From assembly GCF_902459465.1 (NCBI RefSeq), contig NC_047062.1, positions 20,708,001-20,772,000 of the forward strand: 64,000 nt of DNA, given 5' to 3'. Below, one piece after another: positions 37,201 through 46,884 of this stretch; position 1 is the stretch's first letter, and the number at the start of each line of letters is the position of its first letter. This DNA is from Asterias rubens (lineage: Eukaryota). The notes beneath the pieces are model-generated. The model saw nothing but the letters and a program-made list of their open reading frames with translations. It had not been told where the DNA came from and made no database searches. The position numbers were made by a program, and so were the translations under genes.

Positions 37201-39181
37201 AAAGACCAGTCTTCTCACTTGGTGTATCTCAACATATGCGAGATAATAATGAAAGAAAAAACACCATTGTCACATGAATTTGTGTGCTTTCAGATGGTTG
37301 ATTTCGAGACCTAAAATTCTTAGACTGAAGTCTCGAAATCAAAAAAAATACTTCTTTCTCGAAAACTACGTTACTTCAGAGGGAGCCGTTTCTCACAATG
37401 TTTTATACTACCAACCTCCCCCATCAGTTATTCGTTACCTAGTAAGTTTTTATGCTAATAATTATTTTGAGTAATTACCAACAGTGTCCACTGCCTTTAA
37501 GTAACTTCTTATACAGCCTACAAATCACCACTTAGTTTACTGGCATACAACCCAAAGTATTATACATCATATCGACGTCACTCGGATGTTACAGCAGTTA
37601 AGCGTTTCCGAAAATGCCAGCTAATTTAATAACGAGGAAAGAGTTTATTGAAGTTCAGCTTATTGTAAATGTCGGTTATGAAAATAAATACGCAAGGCCT
37701 GCCGTCAATAAGTGGGTAATCTTAACTTTGTAACCCCAAACCCCAAAACGTGCACTCCTATGTCTTCTGGGATATATAATCTAAGACGATGTTCAACCAA
37801 TGACCTTTAAACTGAAATTGGTAAGTTTTTCAATGTTAATTTAGCTCATGCTGGTCACAGATATCTCAAGTGTGGGCCATAGTATGATAAAACCAAGTCA
37901 GTGCCAAGCACCGGATAATCAAAAATAGTGTATAGTGCCGTATGGCAATCATTAATGTTAACTTCCTGTCAAGGTAATGTTCGAGATATTGTATACAACC
38001 TGTCACTGTCTCAACTCCCCCCCCCCCCCCAAAAAAAAAAAAAAAAAAATAATAATAATAATAATAATAATAATCATAATAATAATAGGTTCACACACAT
38101 GCCGTTCAGTAATGGGTTTATGTTGCTTGCGGAGGCTCAAGAGGGAACCAGTTTCCGGATCGAGGGGGGGGGGGGGGGGGTCAGGTCTGGGACAACTGCC
38201 GGGATCCGTGTTGATTCTGACCACAAATTATTTAGAGTGTTTCTTCTGTCAAAATGAATGGTGCTTTTACACACAATTTCCCGATAAAAAATGGAAAAGC
38301 TTTGATCAGTTTGCATTGTGACAGACCTTCCCGGGTGGACTGGACGACCTTTCACACATTTATTAATATTTTCCAGAGACTTATAACCCGACATCCCGAG
38401 GTTCGTTTCCGCTTGGCGTTACAATAATAAACCAACACATCAATCGAAACACACTTTTTCATGTTTTACATAAACTGCACCGGCCTTTTCTCCAGTCTTG
38501 TTTGTGTTTTCATGTGAGTGAATCATATTGTGACAGGACCGTTATCAGTGCTATTTTAACTGGAGTATATTAACACTAGTATATACATAGGCCTATGAGA
38601 GAATTCCACGATAAGAGTTTGAATAATAGTACTTATTCAATGACAATTTTGTTATAATGATGGGGAAAGATAATTCATTTGGGTGATGAAATCTGTTTTG
38701 GTTTACTGTGTAAGGAGGGGTTTACGGTAAATCATGTGAATATCTCTTTTGAGTAGTGTTTGTTCTGAAAATAACTGGTGGTTAAACGACTCAACGTTTC
38801 GACCAGTATGCTCTGATTGTCTCCATGACAATGCTCGGGGAACGGTTTTAAGGGAACATATAGAGTTTAAAGAACAAGGAGATGTGGAACTTATTAATAT
38901 GAGAACATAAAACTATGCTCACATTAGTTTTCCTACTTGTCAATAAAATAATATACCTGAATGAGTGCGGTGTCAACATGACTCTGTTTCCATGGTAACT
39001 GTCTGTCACGAGGGTGCATCATTTGCAAGAGTCGCCCACCCTGGATCGCTCCGGGATCAGAGAAGGGGGCCAGGGATGGGTCCCTGTTAATGATCATTAC
39101 CAGTAATGGGGCAAGTGACAGCAACAGGAGGGTGGCAATCACGACATGCAACGGTCGTCTGTCCCGTCGACTCAGTGGCAT
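19228..39181 (-). CDS. GALNT7: Polypeptide N-acetylgalactosaminyltransferase, GALNT7-like; about 634 aa, 10 exons
   Basis: Exons 39181-38957, 29529-29228, 28460-28294, 26467-26254, 23770-23597, 22542-22425, 21794-21675, 21457-21239, 20224-19997, 19365-19228 (TGA), all phases consistent. Type II TM anchor, CRYWHY...[19 protein letters not shown] (DxH), [32 protein letters not shown], ricin-B lectin (CLD...CHGLGGNQ). Assignment of exon 1 rests on the TM signature and phase across a 9.4-kb intron. Confidence 0.9.
20534..20961 (+). mobile_element. TIR element family D
   Basis: Homolog of 6877-7337 in GALNT7 intron 8. Confidence 0.85.
21816..22161 (-). mobile_element. TTAA MITE family B (AAGCCATTGGAC termini)
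   Basis: Reverse homolog of 31424-31774; left terminus eroded about 20 bp from the exon 7 acceptor. Confidence 0.8.
23260..23390 (-). mobile_element. Family 1 repeat fragment lacking the hammerhead part
   Basis: gatttgaaatgttgaatggtggaaat...aggtttgcggtagcacc...atctctattgagtagtg matches 27917-28010. Confidence 0.6.
23807..24215 (-). mobile_element. TTAA MITE family A, diverged
   Basis: TTAAAGGCACTGGGCAC...GTCCGGTGCCTTTAA termini and family A interior. Confidence 0.75.
24687..25302. mobile_element. piggyBac-like non-autonomous element
   Basis: TTAA-CC termini: ttaaccatttagccactggaccgccc versus reverse complement of right end ttaaccctctagtccctgcaccgccc (21/26 identical). Confidence 0.55.
25888..26159 (+). 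mobile_element. TTAA MITE family A, internally deleted
   Basis: Both TIRs (GGCRGTGGACACTATTGGTAATT) present; about 110 bp of interior missing relative to 30791-31176. Confidence 0.85.
26670..26717. repeat. 48-bp near-perfect palindrome
   Basis: ATGCTGGTCTAGCAAG / CTTGCTAGACCAGCAT perfect 16-bp arms around an inner ATCAAATTTGAT palindrome. Confidence 0.9.
27711..27829. mobile_element. Foldback MITE related to 3070-3203
   Basis: AGGCCGTGTTCAGACTGGCG...CGCCAAGTCGGACACGGCCT termini. Confidence 0.65.
27917..28068 (-). mobile_element. Family 1 repeat (about 150 bp) with minimal hammerhead motif at its 5' end (Penelope terminal-repeat or retrozyme-like)
   Basis: Minus strand TCTC-CAGAAGA-C-GATCAG-AGCATA-CTGATC-GAAAC-GTC-GAG (U4A substitution in core); relatives at 15344, 23260, 38689, 43738 and 44610. 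Confidence 0.65.
30624..30674. repeat. 17-bp tandem repeat x3 (CGGGATCCGGATCAATA)
   Basis: Directly visible, embedded in a ggtcagcctgac-family remnant. Confidence 0.9.
30791..31176 (+). mobile_element. TTAA MITE family A (Kolobok/T2-type), full length
   Basis: TTAA|AGGCAGTGGACACTATTGGTAATT...AATTACCAATAGTGTCCACTGCCT; TTAA target with purine-purine termini is characteristic of Kolobok rather than piggyBac. Confidence 0.9.
31424..31774 (+). mobile_element. TTAA MITE family B
   Basis: TTAA|AGCCATTGGAC...GTCCAATGGCT|TTAA. Confidence 0.85.
33028..33410 (+). mobile_element. RTE-type LINE 3' ORF fragment, frameshifted
   Basis: Translations [16 protein letters not shown] and [22 protein letters not shown] resemble the RTE/BovB RT C-terminal region (LKR.VF...ILP; D.RW....T.W.PR...R.RGRP..RW). 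Confidence 0.65.
33653..34036 (-). mobile_element. TTAA MITE family A
   Basis: Both TIRs and TTAA on each side; reverse orientation. Confidence 0.9.
34638..34892. repeat. Diverged two-copy tandem duplication, period about 134 bp
   Basis: tagtcaaa...tgtcacaaa.tga.gac...ttcgagaag...gtaggt.tcga...gctctttgcagtgt.ca.ataattac..acacacaaa occurs twice. Confidence 0.75.
35297..35678 (+). mobile_element. TTAA MITE family A, subfamily with AGGCACTGTACACGTTTGG termini
   Basis: TTAA-bounded; interior homologous to family A. Confidence 0.85.
35740..35835 (-). mobile_element. tRNA-derived segment of a dispersed repeat (not a functional tRNA)
   Basis: Minus strand agataactcagtttgtagagcgccggcgcgtcaatccggaggtcgcaggttca has A-box and B-box remnants but no acceptor stem. 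Confidence 0.55.
37172..37500 (+). mobile_element. TTAA MITE family A, internally deleted
   Basis: Right TIR intact (GTGTCCACTGCCTTTAA); left terminus eroded. Confidence 0.85.
38017..38087. repeat. Compound simple repeat: poly-C, poly-A, (AAT)n
   Basis: Directly visible. Confidence 0.95.
38689..38827 (-). mobile_element. Family 1 hammerhead-bearing repeat, degenerate
   Basis: ...ttgagtagtgtttgttctgaaaataactggtggtt...ctcaacgtttcgaccagtatgctctgattgtctcc. Confidence 0.65.
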
Positions 39182-42100
39182 CTTGATCAACTCCGAGATG
39201 CCACCTTTTCACTAATTCGTGGTACGTGGTATACCGTAAGTACAACAAATAAAAGGCACTTTCCTCAATGGTCGTCTCATATATAGTTTTCACCTCCGAA
39301 ACATCCAAAGTCGGCCGGACTGTTAAGCCGTTACCTGCCCCGAGTGTCGCCTCTTACAGACTAGGGGCGGTGTGCCTGCTGCCTACTGCCTGCTCCCTCT
39401 TGGCTGCTGCCCCAGGGAAAATATAAAACACAACCAATTCTGCTCTCCGCGTTCCTTTGCGAATACAATCCAAAGTGATCCACGGAGTTTAGACATCGAT
39501 TTTTCAAACAGACTAGGAGATCATTTCCGGATCCTTCCCTCGGCGACAAACTGAAGATTCAAAACACTTAGCGAAGAAAGGCTCCTCTAATCCAAATGCT
39601 CAATCAAAATATCATCCCATTGGAGTGGTGCAATGATGCACTTTAAACTAACAGCCAAAAGACGGTGTTGTCCATTGTCGGTTACGCATTTGCTTGTTTT
39701 TACAGCTGACTCGATAAATAATTCCGAACTAAAGCTGCTGAGTGAATATCTATCTATTTATTATCCATGACCCGGAGCAAATCGGTATACGTCAGGCACT
39801 CTTGCACTCGCATCCTGGCATCACCAACTAGTAAATTCCAGACCGCGTACAGGCGATTGCTTTGGCAGACTTTTCCGTTAATCTCACGGTATGGTATGTC
39901 AACGGCGAGCGAGGAGTTCGATATCAACTGCCGATATTGGTTTAACATGAAATGAACTTCACGCTCGTCGTAATCATAACATAGTTCACAATCTGGTTTG
40001 TATACGATCCCAATGACCCAGTCCTCTCAGTTTTATGTCATGAATGTGAATGTGTGATAGCACGTGGTGTTTATTTGCCTTCGAGTGGATATGGATGGGG
40101 AAGCTATTTACAGTATCAGAGCCGGGTGACCCGCTGGGGTCACAGCGCCTGTCAACCTCGGGGTGCAGCGTGGGACTGTACGGCGGGCTTTCTCGGTAGT
40201 GCGCAGTGAGCAGCCCGCAGTCCGCAGCGGAGGGTGTCAATTTAATACTCTTTATTTTGTTACGGTACAGCATTCGGGCCTCGAGAACATCCCTACCGAG
40301 AGTAGGTGTTTAGGGGCAATTTGCGAGTATAACCAATAACGTCCTAGCTCCGCTAACAACCTAATCAAATAAACTGAAACTTCACACAGATTCCTTACTT
40401 TAATCTCTTAACCTCACAAATTATCTGTTTAGCATCAAATCCAAGTGTGGCAGCACAAACGCATGGAGGTATTTTAATTGAAAAACCTTAACATTCCACT
40501 TTTGAAATGGTAAATTGGTAATGTGGATGGGATCCAGCTGCATTACACTGAGATCAGGACCCGGGTGTTCAGGAAGCGAGATGGTGTACGACACTACCAC
40601 TGCGGAGCTGCTCGTGGGCTATTTTATCACACAGTAGGCCACCACTCTCTTCTTGGAAGAGATACATTGAAAAAGTTAACCCCATTCCTAGATTCTTTCT
40701 ACATAGAATTCACTTTCTTTGAATAGTCCCAAACTGTTTGATCTTTTCACTCGGTTACATGTGAACTTTCCTGTAGCCTTGGTAAGTATAGTAACACTGT
40801 ATGTTATGAAGAGCCCATCCACCCCTGGCAGTATGGTTCACCTAGAACCTGCCCGGACGATCACGCAAATTACGGCCGAAACGCCAAAGATAAAATCAGG
40901 AAATCAAATATCGAAAATGTAAATGATCCCGATTGCATCCAAACATTAACATCAAGTATAAAATAATAAAAATAATAAAAACATTCAAAGCACCTCATTT
41001 CTATTCAGAGTGCTTCGGCCAAAAATAATAGCAACATTTTGATCTAGATTGCCCGCATAAGCATTCCGAGTGAAAAACAAACTATTGTGGGGCAGTGTTA
41101 GCCTATCACAAATTAAGGTCGGTAGATAATGCGTCTGTGATGAATGTGGAGATTATTAGGCTCATCATTGAAACACTTCTATCTCTCAATGAAAATGTGT
41201 TTTCTTTGGGTGTAATAACTCACTGTACTGAACTGACTCCTACCGATCCCCTACGCCAAGGAAGGGTACGGTAACCCCCTCCTCTTTCAGGCTAGCAATT
41301 ATGTATGCTTGGTAGCCCAGAACGAAATACAGACGAGCTGACTAGTCCCATATAGTCTTGTCCTTGCTCTAAAATGGTTGGCCATGCCATCTGGACAGCA
41401 TCGATGCCAAATACATGTCATTGGCATTGTCTTTAGTAATTAGCGTTTTCTAACCGTGTTTCCCTATGGGAGCCTTTCATAGTTTACAACAACAGTTTCA
41501 CGACAGTCATTATATCATTTGGTATTGAAAGAGCCAGAAAATATGAGCGCTTGGATGGATACTAACTTTCAACGTCTGTTTCCTTTCCTTAACTACAGAA
41601 AGAATGTGCATCCATTGACTCAAACACCAATCGTTAATTGAGTATATACTCTCCTCATAATGTTGTCACATAGATACCAAGAGAATCATTTTCAAAATTC
41701 AGTGTAAAGACAAATTGTCCGGCCCTTATCTAAGATATGGCCACACCCAAAATCAGAGACGAATTCAGAGACAACTCCTAAGGGAAGAGGTGGTCCATAT
41801 GATCATTCTTAAAGTATGTATCTTTGGGTTTAATTTGCAATGTTCTCTTTACACCACGGTCAAAGATTTGATAGACTTTCTGGTTTCCCACTTGTTTGAC
41901 CAAGACAGTTTTCTGGGGATGGCATGGTCGGTCTTCAAACATTCGTCATAAGACATAAGTATTTTTTGTATTTATGCAGGACGACTTTTATTTCGATTTT
42001 TGACAGGCCTTAGTGGTTGAGTATACACTGCTTAACACGGTCAAAATTAACTTAAAAGATAATCTTTTTCGTTTAAAGCCCCTTTTTAACCCAGACAGTT

Positions 42101-43520
42101 TGCTGGGGATGGTGATATGCAGTATGCTTGTATCTGACACTTTTCAAACATTCGTCTAGTATTTGCTATATATTTTTAACATGCAAGGCGATCTTCACTT
42201 CGATTGATTCGGTTGGACAGAAAAACACTCCACACTCGACAACATTTTAGCAGGGGACCCTGGCTATATTCTCGCCGTGTGGAAAGGGGACATCAGAGTA
42301 CACTGTTTCTAGTCACCACCATCTCCCCATGCGAGGTGACGCGACTCGCTACCGGAAGCAATGCAGCACGACATCCCGTCGTTGGTTCTCCCCATGAGGG
42401 TTGGCTCTCAACCTATGTTTTTTTTCTTCTTTTTTCAACGGAGTGACAAATAACAGTAAGTACATCCAAAATAATTGATTTAAAAATAATGAAACAGTCA
42501 TAGACTTTTATTGTATTTGATCGTTGTTTATTAGTCACACTGCATGTACATATTGTTCGTGTAATTGTTTTCAAAATACACTCAGATGATGGGAAACATC
42601 TGGAAAACCATTCTGGAAACCAATGAATCTAAACAGTCAGGCCATTAACTTTGTTTGCATTTATACCATCGGTCCTTTTGGTTGGTAAGCAAGTTTCTCA
42701 ACATATATAGTTGTTCACTTCATTCGTGACTGAAGACCAACATTTTGAAAATAAGTTCATTATTTTAAACGAAATACTAATATTGAAAACAATAATTTGA
42801 TATGTCTTAATTTCATTAACAGGCATGCTATGTGTCTGATTTCGGAGTTATATGAAAATAAATACAGCAGGCGCAATGCGGCCCTTCCTTCCATGGCATA
42901 ACATAATAAGATTATTTCTGGGTATTAGGGTCGTCTTTCCGTTTCAAGAGCTGTGAATATAACATATGTCCTATCTCGGCCTCTTTTTACACTACCACAC
43001 ATTTAATTTGTATTGAAAAACAGCTTATATCTGTACTTGCTTTCTCAAAATGTAATTTTTCGAGTTAGGCTGTTTGGCCGTGAAAGGTCCGAATGCCTCT
43101 CGGCTAGGCCTGTTTTGATAAATTAACGACACGTGTTCATCGCCAAAACATTTCACTCTCCCGCTGTTCTAATATTCGTAATTACAGCCTCTGGATTGAT
43201 TTCACCCAAGCTCTACCGTAAGAACTGTCATCAAAATAAACCAAACTCCTTACATCTGTATTAAGGTGGCCAATCATAATTTACAATCTCGCTGCACAGT
43301 GGGAGGTTGGCCAGAAGATGGAATACCACAAGACCAAAGTCACCTGTCACTGTGGGTAATTTTCAACTTGCAATTTTACAGTTTCAATTTTCAAGTAGTA
43401 ATAATTTCTAAACAATCAAGTGGAAGGTAACTGGCATCACCTGTTCTGTCATTTTCACGCCGAAATCTTGGGTGAAATGTATAGAATGTATTCATCACAT
43501 CAGAACCAAACGCCTTCGAG

Positions 43521-43684
43521 CAGGCCTAGAATTACACGCAGGCAATGGAGGCCATTGCCTGTGTTGCCCCTGGTCTTGATGCCCCCTTCAAAAGTTTCCC
43601 ATTGACTTAAAGATTTTCCAATGAAAGTGCCCATTGCAAAATGAAAATGGCCTAGTCCTTTCAAAAAATGAAATTCCAGGCCTG
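43521..43684. mobile_element. hAT-like MITE with CAGGCCT termini; similar elements at about 49026-49184 and 51831-51994
   Basis: TIR CAGGCCTAGAATT / AATTCCAGGCCTG; no clean 8-bp TSD seen. Confidence 0.55.
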
Positions 43685-43737
43685 TTCCGTGCATTCGTCT
43701 CTATCCCTTTAGCACGGTACATAAGGTCTTTACGTAT

Positions 43738-43884
43738 GATTTGAAACTGTGCATGGTGGTAAACTAAAAGGGGTTTGCGGTAGCACCATGTGAATATCTC
43801 TTTTGAGTAGTGTTGGTTCTGAAAGGAACCGGTGGTTAACAACTAAACGTTTCGATCAGTATGCTCTGATCGTCTTCAGGAGAA
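43738..43884 (-). mobile_element. Family 1 repeat with intact CUGAAGA hammerhead core
   Basis: Minus strand TCTC-CTGAAGA-C-GATCAG-AGCATA-CTGATC-GAAAC-GTT-TAG; stem I first pair mismatched. Confidence 0.7.
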
Positions 43885-44219
43885 GAGGTCTTGTTCAAAC
43901 CTTTAACACGTGTCACAATCAAAACAACAACCAAGCAAATCGAGTTATCGAGCGGACCATTATTTACATTGACTGAGCAAACCCTAGTTTTATTAAATTA
44001 TCGTAAACCTTGATCTCTCAAAGGTTAATACAAGGATGACCGGAGTTACAAACGTGCCTTTGGGGGATATTGACCAACATGACCAATCAACATCATGCAC
44101 AGGAGTGTGTAAACAAACTGTAGCATGTACAATTAAGGACATAGGTTAGGCCTATACCTTTCACATGCTGTTTCATTTTGTAAAACTTTAGGCATTTTTG
44201 TTAGGGGTTGTATATTTTG

Positions 44220-44605
44220 TTAAAGACAGTGGACACTATTGGTAATTGTCAAAGACTAGTCTTCACAGTTGGTGTATCTCAACATATGCATAAAATAACA
44301 AACCTGTGAACATTTGAGCTCAATCGGTCGTCGAAGTTACGAGATATTAATTAAAGAAAAAACACCCTTGTCACCCGAAGTTGTGTGCTTTCTGATGCTT
44401 GATTTCGAGACCTCAAGTTCTAAACTTGAGGTCTCGAAATAAAATTCGTGGAAAAATACTTCTTTCTCGAAAACTAGGTCACTTCAGAGGGAGCTGTTTC
44501 TCACAATGTTTTATACCATCAACCTCTCCCCATTACTCATTACCATGTAAGGTTTTATGCTAATAATTATTTTGAGTAATTACCAATAGTGTCCATTGCC
44601 TTTAA
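44220..44605 (+). mobile_element. TTAA MITE family A, full length
   Basis: Both TIRs and TTAA on each side. Confidence 0.9.
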
Positions 44606-44609
44606 GTAT

Positions 44610-44770
44610 GATTTGAAACTTAGCATGGTGGATGTATAACTAAGAGTAAGAGAGGTTTTCGGTAACACCATTATGAATACCTCTTTTTGATTAGTGCTTG
44701 TTTTGAAAAGAACCGATGGTGAACAACTCAATGTTCGATCAGTATGATCTGGTGATGATCGTTTTCAGGA
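44610..44770 (-). mobile_element. Family 1 hammerhead-bearing repeat, degenerate, abutting a MITE
   Basis: gatttgaaacttagcatggtgg...ttcgatcagtatgatctggtgatgatcgttttcagga. Confidence 0.65.
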
Positions 44771-46884
44771 CGGTAAGTAGGGGTTACAATGAAATAAACA
44801 TTTCAGGTGAAAATAACTCAGGGGAGAAGAAGGTATGAAATTATATTCCTCTTACAACAGTCTAAATTGTAAGGATGGAGGAAAAGTGGGGGAAAAGTGG
44901 GGGAAACATGCACCAGACAGGGGGTTCCGAAGAGATGCAGTGCCAGGGTAAAAAGCTATATTCGATTGGCTTATTATCTACATCGCGGTGAGAACAAACA
45001 CACAGTCTGGTCTCACGCTCAAATACGTGCTTTTCTTGAAAACTTGACGTCTTGAAAGAACTAATGCTTCTAAACCCCGACAATTCGATCCCCCTTGGGG
45101 CATATACAGTTTTTGTTTTCAGTGTGCTTTTTAAGGACACTGAATTCACCTTGAACACACTACAGGGTAAAGTAAACGTTCGCATTCTTCACACAAAAAA
45201 TGAGCAATGAGCAATTCACGTTGCGTTTTGAGATCGTCGTTTACTAAACTGTGTTTTTTTCCCAGTACGTTTGATTTGGATGTTGGCTTGATTTTTGGCG
45301 TATATGAATCAGAGTCCCTTTGAAAATAGTGTTATTTATGGTGTTTTGCTAGGACATCAAACTTCTCAGTAAAAAAAAAAATACATAAATAAATAAATAA
45401 AATAAAAAATCAAGACCTATTGAAATAGCACAATGTAATCTGAAGCTTCTTTTGACAAAAGAAGCCTCTTCTGTTTGCTGTACTACATTTGAAATTGGAG
45501 CATTTAGAATGACTGCTTCGTTTCAGGCATTACTTTGCTCTTCGGTGTATATAGGATATAACAAAAAAAGTCGGTCATCATTTAAAACTATAAATTTAGG
45601 GTGGGTGGGTGGTGTCATAACAATTTCAAACATTTTGTTTAACATTGACTGTTCTGAATGACCTCTAACGTGAGGTTAACATAGGTCATCCATTAGGGAC
45701 TTATGATGAGATTACTACTGCCTGAACACTGCTACCTTGAGCTGTATTTTCAAAGTCTGTCTTAATCGTTAATAACACTATTACCGATGGAAGGTTATAG
45801 ACATGAACCTTCAGCTATCAAACCTTCCTAAGGCAAATCAAGAGAGACTTAACCACTCACTGGTTTGTAATATTTTAGCCACAACACACCTGGCACCTGT
45901 CACTATTTTTCAGCCTAATATGATTTGTAGTTTTTAATAAAACACTACATGGTTGAGTTCATACATGTTTGAAGGTGACATTCATTGCAATATTAAAAAT
46001 TGGACGTGGGCTTGTCCATGCGAAGACTAATGGGGATGGGAGAAGGGTGCTCATCAAGGGCTCTGACATGAGGGGTCTTGTAGCTCAGAACCTTCACGTG
46101 ACCAGAATAGAGACCTTAATATAAGCTACATTTATACTTTTTCCTGAACTTTTTGGAGGAGTTTTGAAGTATAAAGGTTTGTACAAATTTATTTAGCCGG
46201 TTTAAAAACACAACACTGATCGACACAAAGCCCCTAAAACTCTCAGCTTACAAAGTTACAAAGTAATATACTTGACCAATGGATTAACTTGACATTTACT
46301 TTTGTATTTTTATTGATATTTTACCTATTTTTTTTTCTTATTAATTTATTTATTATTTTTATTTATTTATTTTTGTTACTTTAATGAGCATGCCTAACTG
46401 CAACACTCACCAACCAGAAAATACGGCAAACTGATCGAGTATGCGTTTCTTTCATTTTGATTGTGTTCACAGATCGATTTCTTATTTTTGCCCTAAGATT
46501 TTTTATAGAGCTAATCCAAAATCATAGTTTCGTTGTTGTGAGCATCCTCCCCCAACCATTCCCCCTCCACCAAACCAACACTCTGGTAAAGCCACTGCAC
46601 TGAACCACTGGTGGCTTGTTCATACTTGAATCTACTGGTCCAAAACTAACATCACTGGACCACCAAAACTAAACCACTGGACCATGTGGTCCAGTAGGTA
46701 GATTTACCCCCAAAGTACTGCAAATCACTAATAACAATATAATTATTGCAGACATTGTGTGTACATACATTTATTTGCCCATAACGGACCAGACCCCAGC
46801 CTCAGTGTGCTTGAAAAACAAGACGATTCAAACATAATAAAGATTTAATGTTCTACTGCTACATACGTGTATGCCATCTGGGGT

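Noticed and set aside
40108-40122. GTATCAGAGC resembling an LTR primer-binding site
   Set aside because: It matches the plant-type initiator tRNA end rather than the animal one, lacks TGG, and no LTR pair, gag or pol is nearby.
40165-40240. HDV-like ribozyme fold (GCT-TTCTCGGT-AGT as P3/L3)
   Set aside because: P1 has a mismatch, there is no credible P4 or C-N-A-A J4/2, and an alternative nested hairpin pairs better.
44862-45185. 107-codon minus-strand ORF between GALNT7 and AVEN
   Set aside because: No recognisable homology or splice context; within the range expected by chance.
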